From Candidatus Aenigmatarchaeota archaeon (GTDB lineage Archaea; Aenigmatarchaeota; Aenigmatarchaeia; GW2011-AR5; JAHLMP01): DNA of 61,364 bases. Where the stretch lies: the NCBI GenBank assembly GCA_018920315.1, contig JAHLMP010000004.1, positions 2,753 through 64,116 on the forward strand, read 5' to 3'. The notes beneath the pieces are model-generated. The model was given only the letters and a program-made list of their open reading frames with translations, did not search any database and was not told the origin of the DNA. A program made the position numbers and the translations under genes. Shown one piece after another: positions 48,063 through 57,097 of this stretch; the first letter of the stretch is position 1; every line of letters starts with the position of its first letter.

Positions 48063-48204
48063 GCTCCGTTAGTCTAGTCCGGTCAAAATTTGCCGAAAGG
48101 ATGCGGCCCTTTCGCTCTGAAGCGAAAGATTTGAGCTTTGCTATGAGAAGAAAGGCCGAGACCCGGGTTCAAAATCTTTAAAAATGAAAATCCCGGACGG
48201 AGCA
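48063..48204 (+). tRNA. tRNA-Glu(TTC) with three introns (D-loop about 20a/21 at 48086-48097; 37/38 at 48115-48152; 59/60 at 48174-48190)
   Basis: Acceptor GCTCCGT/ACGGAGC-A; spliced anticodon arm CGGCC-CTTTCGA-GGCCG; T arm CCGGG-TTCAAAT-CCCGG; central helices CGGT/GCCG, CTTT/GAAG, TTCA/TGAA. Confidence 0.9.
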
Positions 48205-48267
48205 TTTTTATTATAGCGCTATAGTTAAGATAGAAAAGTTTTCGAGATTTTAGAAATTTCAAAATTT

Positions 48268-50490
48268 CTAAATAGCTGCAATAAAAACTAGAATAAAGAA
48301 TGCAAAAACAGAAAGCAAATAAAAATTATGTAAAAAGTTTTTATAAAATATTTTTAAATTTTCTCGATTGTTTTCTTCTATTTCAACTTCGAATGCATTT
48401 GCAATATCCAAAATATTTATGCTATTGCTTTTGTTAGACATCCAATTGCTAGAATATCTAGAAGAAAAAACAACTAAGCAAACTCTTTTACTCTTGCTAT
48501 CGCTCTTGTTCTCGGTATTTTTTAAGATCAAATTTATTTCGTACTCTATCGGAGATATCTTTTTATATTCTATAGAAACATCATTGCATTCATAATTTTT
48601 ATATTCTTTATTTTTATCTTCTTTAGAAAAAACAAGCTTGCTAATATCTTCATATTTAGAAATTCTCAAAATATCTTCCCAGTTTTCCGCTTTTAAAATA
48701 TCTTTAGCGATGTAAATCTTTCCTCTATATTTATTGTTCTTAAAGATGATGAAATTTTCTGTTTCTTTAACAATTTCCAAATCTTTTTGATCTTTTAGCC
48801 AAAGATAATTTTTCCAATCTACTTCTTTCGTTAATAATATATACTTTACGTTTACTAAAGAGATTAGTTCTCCAAAATTGTCTATCTCAGAGCTTTTGGA
48901 CAATAGAAGCTCTATATATCTTAATATAGCATTAGATGTTTGCGAGTAAATTCCACCAGCTTCTATATTCTCAGCTGAGATTATCGGTTTTTCAAAGAAA
49001 GTTCTTGCTGGATTTGCAATTCTCTTATCATAATTTTCTATCCATTTAAAATCCATATAAAGATGCCAAGGAAAGAATATAACATTAAAATCTTCTTCAT
49101 CGTTTTTCAAGAAATCGTTAACCTCATACCAATCCTTTGGATAGTTAGTTGGTTTTAAGTAGTTATTAAATCCAAAGAGCATTGTGTAAGAGTAAATTAT
49201 AGGAAGAGTAATAATTACAAATATGAGAAGATACTTCAAAAATAGTATTGCTTTTATGTCCCTTGATCTTTTTATTCCTATTTTAATTTTTTCCAATGGG
49301 TTTAATAAATCGCTTATCCCTATTCCTCCAAAATAAGAGTAAAAAAGACAGAGAATAGCCAATAGCTTATGAGGTTCTCTTAATCCCATCAAAAATTCAA
49401 ATCTTGAATAGAGAAGTTTAATTATATTCTCTAAAGGTTGATAACCTATTCCAATGGCTATTATAGAGGAAATTACAGTAACTAATAAGAAAGCATACTT
49501 TCTTTTATTCTTAAAAACTAAAAATCCATGAACAGATAAGAAAAGTATTACGAAGAAGATCAATGGCCAAAGGCTTATATGATATTTTGCATAATCATAG
49601 CCACCTCTCCAGAAGCCATGTAGTGAAATTGTGTTGAAAATTGTGTTAAATTCAAGAGATGGTTTTGAGCTAAATAGCTCTAAATCAAGCTCAGAGAATT
49701 GCTCTATTTTATAATGAGGCGAGGTTTCTCCGGAAATAGGAACTATCCAGTAAAAGTTAAGCGCAAAAAATAAGATGAATGTAAATAAATAGCTTAAGGT
49801 TAAAACCTTTTTGATTTCCTTCTTTGTTTCCATAAAAAAATCCAAAACAAAAAATACCAGCAAAGAGCCAAGAATAATAGGCAAATAATGGGTAGTTGCT
49901 ATGCAAATTGTTGCAAGGATAGAAAGCTTTGCTGCGCTTTTTATCGGAACATTTGAAAAAGTATTCGAAAATATCTTTTCTTTTTGTTTTATCTTAATAC
50001 ATTCTTTGATTCTTTTAGAAAAATCCATTAATGATTTAAAGAAAAGAGGAAGAAATGCATAAGATAATAGAAGATATGTATGACCTGCTAAAAATCTAAC
50101 ATAAGTGAATGGATTTATCATATATAAAATTCCTGCAAATAGCTTTCCCGTCTTTTTAGTTGGACAAGCATAGTAAGCTGCTGCTCCTGAAAAGAATAAT
50201 AAAAACAAAAAGAATATCTTTTGAAAAACTTCTACAGAAAAGATGCTACCAAAAATAAAAAGAGAAAACATGTATAAGAGATTAGGAATTGGCAAAGTTG
50301 TTAAAAATATTCCATCATTATCTTCAGAAAATCCTAAAAGATAATCGAAAAAGATGCTTTTTGCGTTTTCATGAGTTACATGATCTAAAGTAAATATATA
50401 GCCCTTAGAAAATAAAGGAAGCATTACTAGCAATGAAATGAAAAATATAATTAGATATCCATCATAACTAACAAAAAAATCTCTTCTCAT
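48268..50490 (-). CDS. Polytopic membrane protein, probable GT-C glycosyltransferase (AftD/DUF3367-like)
   Basis: Many TM helices, GYIFTLD, YMINPFTYVRFLAGH, LREPHK, soluble C-terminal domain; next to a flippase and GTs. Confidence 0.6.
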   Translation of the reverse strand: MRRDFFVSYDGYLIIFFISLLVMLPLFSKGYIFTLDHVTHENAKSIFFDYLLGFSEDNDGIFLTTLPIPNLLYMFSLFIFGSIFSVEVFQKIFFLFLLFFSGAAAYYACPTKKTGKLFAGILYMINPFTYVRFLAGHTYLLLSYAFLPLFFKSLMDFSKRIKECIKIKQKEKIFSNTFSNVPIKSAAKLSILATICIATTHYLPIILGSLLVFFVLDFFMETKKEIKKVLTLSYLFTFILFFALNFYWIVPISGETSPHYKIEQFSELDLELFSSKPSLEFNTIFNTISLHGFWRGGYDYAKYHISLWPLIFFVILFLSVHGFLVFKNKRKYAFLLVTVISSIIAIGIGYQPLENIIKLLYSRFEFLMGLREPHKLLAILCLFYSYFGGIGISDLLNPLEKIKIGIKRSRDIKAILFLKYLLIFVIITLPIIYSYTMLFGFNNYLKPTNYPKDWYEVNDFLKNDEEDFNVIFFPWHLYMDFKWIENYDKRIANPARTFFEKPIISAENIEAGGIYSQTSNAILRYIELLLSKSSEIDNFGELISLVNVKYILLTKEVDWKNYLWLKDQKDLEIVKETENFIIFKNNKYRGKIYIAKDILKAENWEDILRISKYEDISKLVFSKEDKNKEYKNYECNDVSIEYKKISPIEYEINLILKNTENKSDSKSKRVCLVVFSSRYSSNWMSNKSNSINILDIANAFEVEIEENNRENLKIFYKNFLHNFYLLSVFAFFILVFIAAI

Positions 50491-50528
50491 AATCTATTTT
50501 AATTTCTTCATTGTTAAAAAATCAAAAT

Positions 50529-51812
50529 ATGGACAATAAGATTTCTATAATGGATAAAATTTCTATAGCTGAGCTTAGAAAAAAGGTTGATAATTTCTTA
50601 GATAAAGATGATATGCTTTTAAGACATGGCCTAGCGATTGCTTTTGCAAATACTCTTGCAATGCTTATAAACTATTTTTATCAGCTTATTACTGGTAGAT
50701 TACTTGGACCTGCTAGTTATAGTATTTTTGGAAGCTTGGTAGCAATAACTTATATCTTTTCTGTTTTTGGTGGAGTAATAAATACTAGCATTGCTAAATT
50801 TTGCTCTGATTATAAAGATGATTATGGAAAGATAAAAACAATCTTTCTAAGATATTCACTCAAGCTTCTTTTGATAAGCCTTTTTTCCTTTGCAATATTT
50901 TATCTTTTGGCACCGCTAATTAGTAGAACTTTGGGAATAGAATCCCATATGCTAATCATTATGATAGGAATTCTAATTCCAATCTCTTTTTTATTCTCTT
51001 TATTCTCTGGAATAATGCGTGGCTTACAAATGTTTTATAAATATTCTATATTAACTATCTTGCACCCAATATTAAAGTTCGCAATAGGAATACCTTTATT
51101 GATTCTTGGTTTTGGCGTTTTCGGAGCTTTGTTTGGATTTGTTTCTTCTTCTATTTTAATCTGTATTCTTAGCTTTTTGTTTCTAACATTTCTTTTAACT
51201 TCAGAATCAAAGAAGGTTGAAAGCAGAGAAATAATAAAATATTCATTTCCTGTTCTTATAATCTCTTTATGCATTATTGCGATGATAAACTTAGATATAA
51301 TTATAGTAAAAGCAATTTTTTCAGAAACTGAAGCAGGATTTTATATTGCATCTTCAACTTTAATGAAGGCGATATTTTGGATAGCTGGCTCTATAATATT
51401 TGTAATGTTTCCAAAGATATCATCTAATAAAGAGAAAGCAAAAGATATTTTGAAAAGCACTTTGCTATATATTATTTCATTCTCAATAATAGTTCTAATT
51501 TTTGTTGCTTTATTTTCAGATTTTGCAGCTATATTTACTTTTGGAAAAGAATTTTCAGGTGCTTCTCCTCTTCTCTTGCCTTTTGGCATCGCTATTTTAA
51601 TAGTTTCTTTGAATCAAGTTATAGCGAATTATAGCTTAGCGATAGGAGAGAATGTAACATTTAGTTCATTGTCATTCATAATATTCTCTATAATTCAATT
51701 CTTGCTGATCTATCTTCTTCATTCCTCTTTGCTTATGGTAATATATGATATCATTATCGCTAATCTAATGCTTTTCATTTTGCTCTCTTTCAAAATGAAG
51801 ATTTTCAAGTAA
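50529..51812 (+). CDS. Oligosaccharide flippase (Wzx/MOP family)
   Basis: About 12 TM helices, RLLGPASYS, EAGFYIAS, FGKEF. Confidence 0.88.
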   Translation: MDNKISIMDKISIAELRKKVDNFLDKDDMLLRHGLAIAFANTLAMLINYFYQLITGRLLGPASYSIFGSLVAITYIFSVFGGVINTSIAKFCSDYKDDYGKIKTIFLRYSLKLLLISLFSFAIFYLLAPLISRTLGIESHMLIIMIGILIPISFLFSLFSGIMRGLQMFYKYSILTILHPILKFAIGIPLLILGFGVFGALFGFVSSSILICILSFLFLTFLLTSESKKVESREIIKYSFPVLIISLCIIAMINLDIIIVKAIFSETEAGFYIASSTLMKAIFWIAGSIIFVMFPKISSNKEKAKDILKSTLLYIISFSIIVLIFVALFSDFAAIFTFGKEFSGASPLLLPFGIAILIVSLNQVIANYSLAIGENVTFSSLSFIIFSIIQFLLIYLLHSSLLMVIYDIIIANLMLFILLSFKMKIFK

Positions 51813-51821
51813 GTGCTCTAT

Positions 51822-52736
51822 ATGAAAGAACTTTCTGTAATAATACCAGCATATAATGAAGAGAAGAGGATAAGAAAAACTATAGAAAATGTAATAAAAT
51901 ATCTGAGAGGTATTACAAAAGATTTGGAAGTTATTGTTGTAGATGATGGTTCTTCTGACAATACTTATAAAATCGCTAAATCCTTAGAAAGAAAATCTCC
52001 AAATCTAAAGGTTGTTGGTTATGAAAAAAATAAGGGCAAAGGATATGCGATAAAATATGGACTAAAGTTTGCAACTAAGGATTTAGTTGTCTTTATAGAT
52101 GCTGACTCGGAGATAGACCCAAAAAGGATAAAGCTTTTTTATGATTATATGGAAAGAAACAAAGCAGACATAGTAATAGGAAGCAAAAGACATCCCCTCT
52201 CTAAAATAGAATACTATCCTAGAATGAGAAAACTTCTTAGCAGCTTTTATAATATTTTTCTAAGATTTTTGTTTCACATAAAAATAAAGGATACTCAAAC
52301 TGGGTTGAAACTATCAAGAAAAGATGCATTGAAAACCATATTTCCTTTGCTTCGAGTAAAGCGCTTTGCATTTGATGTTGAGTTATTATGCTACGCCAAT
52401 TTTCTTGGATTTAAGGTTATAGAAGCTCCTATAACTTTAAAATTCTCAAAGAAAAGATGGGGAAGAGTAAATCTAAGAATGCTTATGAATATTTTTTTCG
52501 ATACTATGGCAATAGCTTATCGATTTTACATTCTAAAAAGATATACTATAATTTTAAGAGATACCTTCATCCTATTCTCTATAATTATGGGGAGCATTTA
52601 TTTGTATAAAACCCTTTTCAATCCGCTTTTATTTCCTACTATTGGAACAAAAACTATAGTAGTATTATTATCTTTGTTGATATTTCTCATAGTTCTAAAT
52701 CTTCCATACGAAGCGTTTTCAAGAAAATTCGATTGA
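51822..52736 (+). CDS. GT2 glycosyltransferase (dolichyl-phosphate glycosyltransferase-like) with C-terminal TM helices
   Basis: IIPAYNEE, VDDGSSD, NKGKG, DAD, DTQTG, FAFDVE. Confidence 0.9.
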   Translation: MKELSVIIPAYNEEKRIRKTIENVIKYLRGITKDLEVIVVDDGSSDNTYKIAKSLERKSPNLKVVGYEKNKGKGYAIKYGLKFATKDLVVFIDADSEIDPKRIKLFYDYMERNKADIVIGSKRHPLSKIEYYPRMRKLLSSFYNIFLRFLFHIKIKDTQTGLKLSRKDALKTIFPLLRVKRFAFDVELLCYANFLGFKVIEAPITLKFSKKRWGRVNLRMLMNIFFDTMAIAYRFYILKRYTIILRDTFILFSIIMGSIYLYKTLFNPLLFPTIGTKTIVVLLSLLIFLIVLNLPYEAFSRKFD

Positions 52737-52798
52737 AGGATAGATTATGAAGATATTGATCTTAAAATAGTAAGATATAAAAATATTATAAAAAAGTA

Positions 52799-52840
52799 TT
52801 TATATCATAATGTACTAAATATATGATATTGTGATATAAA
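52799..52840 (+). promoter_or_regulatory. Inverted repeat over the AbiE promoter/start
   Basis: TTTATATCATAAT (52799-52811) and ATTGTGATATAAA (52828-52840), 12/13 match, with an extra inner arm TATGATAT. Confidence 0.55.
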
Positions 52841-53472
52841 TGAAAAAATCAGAAATGATAATGAAAAAGTTATGGATGAGTGGAAAGAAATTTGTAAAAT
52901 CGGATGAGATTAAAGCTATTTCCAAGGAGCTTAAAATAAATTACGAAAGTATATTACGCTACCTTTTGGCAAGGCACTCTCTCATAAGAATTTTTAAAGG
53001 AATATTTTATGTTAAATCACCAGAAGAAATAAAATTAGAGATAATGTATGAAAATCCATTTAACTTGGTTGCTAAAGGTTTATTTATAAAGGGTATAAAA
53101 AGATGGTATTTTGGCCTATATACAGCTTTGGTCATGAATAACATTACTCATGAATATTTTACAGTAAATTATGTCATCAATGATAGTATTTTCAGGGCAA
53201 ATGAAATAGAAATCGCTGGCTATAGTTTTAAATTTATAAAAGTAAAACCATCTTTGATTTTTGGTATAAAAGAAAAAGAAAATTTAAGATACTCTGACTT
53301 GGAAAAAACAATTCTAGATTTTGTTTATCTTTGGAGATATAGAAGCGTGCCAAAAGAGAGAATATTGGTTAACATTTCTGATCTTGTAGAAAAAGCTTCG
53401 AAAAGTAAATTGCTTGAATACTCTAAAAAATATCCATTAACGATTAGGAAAATTATCGATGAATTGTTATGA
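52840..53472 (+). CDS. abiEi: Type IV TA antitoxin, AbiEi family
   Basis: N-terminal wHTH (LIRIFKGIFY), YFGLYTAL, YSDLEKTILD; ATGA overlap with the toxin gene. Confidence 0.8.
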   Translation: MKKSEMIMKKLWMSGKKFVKSDEIKAISKELKINYESILRYLLARHSLIRIFKGIFYVKSPEEIKLEIMYENPFNLVAKGLFIKGIKRWYFGLYTALVMNNITHEYFTVNYVINDSIFRANEIEIAGYSFKFIKVKPSLIFGIKEKENLRYSDLEKTILDFVYLWRYRSVPKERILVNISDLVEKASKSKLLEYSKKYPLTIRKIIDELL

Positions 53473-54377
53473 AGGAATTTATAGAAGCTGTAAGCAGGAA
53501 AATTAATGCAAGAACAGATTTAATAGAAAGAGATATTTTACTTCACCAAATACTTCTAGATTTATCTAAAACTAAGTTTGCTAATGAATTTGCATTTAAA
53601 GGAGGTAGCTGTCTTATGAAATATTATCTTGGCTATTTTAGATTTTCTATTGATCTGGATTTCACATTCATTAATCAAAATATTTTTAGTAATTTATCAA
53701 AAAAAGAGATAAGAAGAAGATTATCAGAAAAGATAGATGAAATTGGTAATATTTTTGAAGATATAGCTGAAAGAAGAGGACTGGATTTCAAATGCGATAA
53801 GAAAAATAGAAGATATGTTGAATTTGGAGGAGGTAATAAATTCTTAACTTTCAAGATTTGGTTTAACTCACGATTTATTGGAGAAACCTTCATAAAAATT
53901 CAAATCAATTTTATTGAAAAAATAATATTTCCTATTAAGAAGGTTTTGCTAAAATCTTTGTTAGATGAGTCAAAAGAACTGCAATTTTTATTTCCTGATA
54001 TTTATGATGAATACACCACGAAAGTAAGATTTAATGTCTATGACATCAGAGAAATCTTCTGTGAAAAGATAAGAGCTATTTTAACTCGAAATGGAATTAA
54101 GGAAAGAGATTTCATAGATGTTTACTTGATCTCGAAAAAATTTAATATCAAATATACTGATATGAGAGATAAAATTTTAGAGAAAACTAGATTTATTCTG
54201 AAACTCTATGAAAAGTATAGAGATAACTTGAAGAAAAATCTTAGAATTTTCTCAATTGAGAATTTCCCTTTTGGATCAGAGGATTATCTTTTACTGATAA
54301 AGATTGACAAAAAAGAGTTTTATCAATTTGTCGAAGAATTTATAGTTTATTTAAAGGAAATTGGAACGATAGTATGA
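53469..54377 (+). CDS. abiEii: Type IV TA toxin, AbiEii nucleotidyltransferase
   Basis: IERD, FKGGSCL, RFSIDLDF, EKIRA, RDFIDV. Confidence 0.9.
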   Translation: MKEFIEAVSRKINARTDLIERDILLHQILLDLSKTKFANEFAFKGGSCLMKYYLGYFRFSIDLDFTFINQNIFSNLSKKEIRRRLSEKIDEIGNIFEDIAERRGLDFKCDKKNRRYVEFGGGNKFLTFKIWFNSRFIGETFIKIQINFIEKIIFPIKKVLLKSLLDESKELQFLFPDIYDEYTTKVRFNVYDIREIFCEKIRAILTRNGIKERDFIDVYLISKKFNIKYTDMRDKILEKTRFILKLYEKYRDNLKKNLRIFSIENFPFGSEDYLLLIKIDKKEFYQFVEEFIVYLKEIGTIV

Positions 54378-55489
54378 AAATCCTAATATTCAATTGGAGA
54401 GATATAAAAAATCCAGAACATGGGGGTGCAGAAATATTTACTCATGAAATTTTTAAGAGAATCACTAAAATGGGACATGAGGTTACGATATTTTCGAGTG
54501 AATTCAAAGGTTGTAAGAAAGAAGAATTCATAGATAGCATAAGAATAATAAGAGCTGGGGGAAGGTATTCTGTTTATATAAAGGCAAGAAAGTATTACAA
54601 CAATTTCTTTTCTAAGGAGAGCTATGATGTAATAATAGATGAGATAAATACATTGCCTTTCTTTACACCAAGCTTTGTAAAAAAAGGAGAATATATAATA
54701 GCGCTAATTCATCAACTTGCAAGAGAGTATTGGTTTTACGAAACTTTTTTTCCGATAAATTTTATAGGGTATTATATTTTGGAGAATAGTATCTTAAAAA
54801 AATATGTAGAAATACCAACAGTAACCGTTTCTAATTCTACAAAGAATGATTTATTGAATTTAGGATTTAAAAATGTTTTTATAGTATCTGAAGGAATAAG
54901 CTTTCATCCATTAAGAAAAATTCCAGATAAGAGCGAGAAACCAACAATAATATATCTAGGAAGATTAAAAAGAGCCAAAAGAGTTGAGCACGTAATAAAA
55001 GCATTTAATATTGTTGAGAAAAAAATACCAAAAGCTAAGCTTTGGATAGTTGGTTCAGGTTATTTGAGAACTCATTTAGAAAAGATTTCTAATAAAAAAG
55101 TAACGTTTTTTGGTCATGTAAATGAAAAGAAAAAAATAGATCTACTTTCAAAAGCTTGGATTCTTATAAATCCTTCTATAAGAGAGGGTTGGGGAATAAA
55201 TGTTATAGAAGCAAATGCATGTGGAACTCCTTGCATCGCTTATGATGTTCCTGGACTAAGAGATTCAATAGTTGATGGAAAAACTGGTTTACTTGTCAAA
55301 GAGAATGGAAGCGTAGAGGCCTTAGCCAATGCTATAATAAAAGTTTTGGAAGACGAAAAGTTGAGAAATAAGTTGAGCACGAACGCATTAAGATGGGCAA
55401 GAAGGTTTAGTTGGGATAAAAGTGCGAGAGAGTTTGAGAAGATTATAAAAATGGTTTCAAAAGGAAATATTCAAAAGCCATTTCCATAA
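54374..55489 (+). CDS. GT4 glycosyltransferase
   Basis: NWRDIKNPEHGGAE, YLGRL, EGWGINVIEANACGTP. Confidence 0.92.
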   Translation: MKILIFNWRDIKNPEHGGAEIFTHEIFKRITKMGHEVTIFSSEFKGCKKEEFIDSIRIIRAGGRYSVYIKARKYYNNFFSKESYDVIIDEINTLPFFTPSFVKKGEYIIALIHQLAREYWFYETFFPINFIGYYILENSILKKYVEIPTVTVSNSTKNDLLNLGFKNVFIVSEGISFHPLRKIPDKSEKPTIIYLGRLKRAKRVEHVIKAFNIVEKKIPKAKLWIVGSGYLRTHLEKISNKKVTFFGHVNEKKKIDLLSKAWILINPSIREGWGINVIEANACGTPCIAYDVPGLRDSIVDGKTGLLVKENGSVEALANAIIKVLEDEKLRNKLSTNALRWARRFSWDKSAREFEKIIKMVSKGNIQKPFP

Positions 55490-56764
55490 TGGCTTGAAAA
55501 CAATTTTCTTATTCTCAATTTTAATCTCATCTTCATAATCCCATGTAATTATTAGCAAGTTCTTGCATCTTAACAACTTGCTCGCTTTGAGCAAAGCCTT
55601 AAGCTCTCTTTTTTCTATTTCATCTTTGCTTGAAGCGTAAGTTACTTGAATCAATTGCTTTATTTTCAAGCCTTCTTTTAAAACAAAGTCTACCTCATTT
55701 TGTTGATAATCCTTCCAATAGAAGAAATCTATGCCATTATAGAATTTTGATTTATAAAGAGAAATAGCAACTAAACTCTCTGCTAATCTTCCTATATTTT
55801 CTGAAAATTTAGGTATCAAATTATAAAATCCCAAATCTATCGGAAAAACTTTCTTAGGTTGCTGAACTCTTTCTTTGGTTTTATAGCCAAACTTTTCAAC
55901 AGTAAATAAAAAGAAAGCATTCTCAAAATACTTAGCATAGTTTGACAGCGTCTTCTTACTTTTTTTCAATCCAATACTTTTGAAATAGTTTTCTAACTTA
56001 GATAAAGATATATAATTTCCGAAATTATCCATTATAATCGTCAAGAAATTCTCAAGAAATGCTACACTCTTTATAGAAAATCTTTCTACAATATCTCTAT
56101 AAAAAATAGTCTCCTTATATATTTTTAGTAGTTCGATCTTTTCTTTTTCTCCTTCTTCTTTGACAACATCTGGAAAGCCACCAAAACTTAGATATTCTCT
56201 CAAATTTCTAAGAAGTTTTCCCTTGACTTCTGGTACATTTAAATATTTCGTCTCTACACTCTTGTACTTTAAAAATTCTTTAAAAGAAAATGGAAGAAGT
56301 AAAAGAGATGAATATCTTCCTCTTAGTTGGGTTGCAATTTCTTTAGAAGATAGTTTAGAAGAAGAGCCAGTAACCCAAATGTAGTATTTATTAGAGTTGT
56401 GTAAAGTTCTAATCCAACTTTGCCATTCCTCTAGATTTTGTATTTCATCTAACAATAAAATCAATTTATCATTCTTCTCTTTAAAGACCTCATGCAAAAC
56501 TTTTATGAAAGTGCTATAATCTTTTGGTTTTAGATTCTTCAATCTTATATCTTCGAAATCTATGTAAGCTATGTTTTCCCTTTCATATCCAGAGTTAAGT
56601 AACTCTTTAACTATCTGAAAAAGAAAATATGTCTTTCCAGCTCTTCTAGGACCTATTATTGCTACTATATTTCTCGATAACTTTACTGGATATTCTCTTT
56701 CTATTAGTTCAGGCAAATCTTTTGTTAACCATGAGCTTAAAACTTCTTTTAAATTTGTTTCCAT
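55457..56764 (-). CDS. AAA+ ATPase, AAA_14/DUF4143 (array copy A)
   Basis: GPRRAGKT, LLLDEIQ, TGSSSKL, GGFP, EVDFV. Confidence 0.9.
   Translation of the reverse strand: METNLKEVLSSWLTKDLPELIEREYPVKLSRNIVAIIGPRRAGKTYFLFQIVKELLNSGYERENIAYIDFEDIRLKNLKPKDYSTFIKVLHEVFKEKNDKLILLLDEIQNLEEWQSWIRTLHNSNKYYIWVTGSSSKLSSKEIATQLRGRYSSLLLLPFSFKEFLKYKSVETKYLNVPEVKGKLLRNLREYLSFGGFPDVVKEEGEKEKIELLKIYKETIFYRDIVERFSIKSVAFLENFLTIIMDNFGNYISLSKLENYFKSIGLKKSKKTLSNYAKYFENAFFLFTVEKFGYKTKERVQQPKKVFPIDLGFYNLIPKFSENIGRLAESLVAISLYKSKFYNGIDFFYWKDYQQNEVDFVLKEGLKIKQLIQVTYASSKDEIEKRELKALLKASKLLRCKNLLIITWDYEDEIKIENKKIVFKPLWKWLLNISF
55464..55714. repeat. Shared 3'-end module of the AAA+ genes (copy A; also 56864-56963, 58598-58848, about 60026-60237, 61313-61364)
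   Basis: 55464-55714 vs 58598-58848 has 12 mismatches in 251 nt, including a 131-nt exact match (55533-55663 = 58667-58797). Confidence 0.9.
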
Positions 56765-56805
56765 AAAGTATATTAAGGAAACAAATTTATTTAAATATGT
56801 TTCCT
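56750..56805. promoter_or_regulatory. Inverted-repeat operator around the TATA box/start of AAA copy A
   Basis: TAAATTTGTTTCC-N14-GGAAACAAATTTA and AGGAAACA-N14-TGTTTCCT. Confidence 0.6.
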
Positions 56806-56861
56806 GTAAACACCTTTAAAAATATCGGAATGATTATGAGTAGATACAAAATATTTCTTTT

Positions 56862-56963
56862 TTAAAAGGAAATATTCAAAAGCCATTTCCATAATGGCTT
56901 GAAAACAATTTTCTTATTCTCAATTTCAATCTCATCCTCATAATCCCATGTAATTATTGCAAG
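56862..56963 (-). pseudogene. Orphan 3' fragment of an AAA+/DUF4143 paralog
   Basis: Encodes IITWDYEDEIEIENKKIVFKPLWKWLLNISF*; differs from 55459-55559 by 2 substitutions and 1 deletion; no upstream gene body. Confidence 0.85.
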
Positions 56964-57097
56964 ATTTCCAAACCTTTTCTATTAATATATTTAGATTCAA
57001 ATGTTGTTAAAGAGGCTGTTAATAAATGTGAATTAGAAGGTTATGATGCAATAGTATTAATCATAAAAAAACTTTAAATATTCTGAACACAATCATA

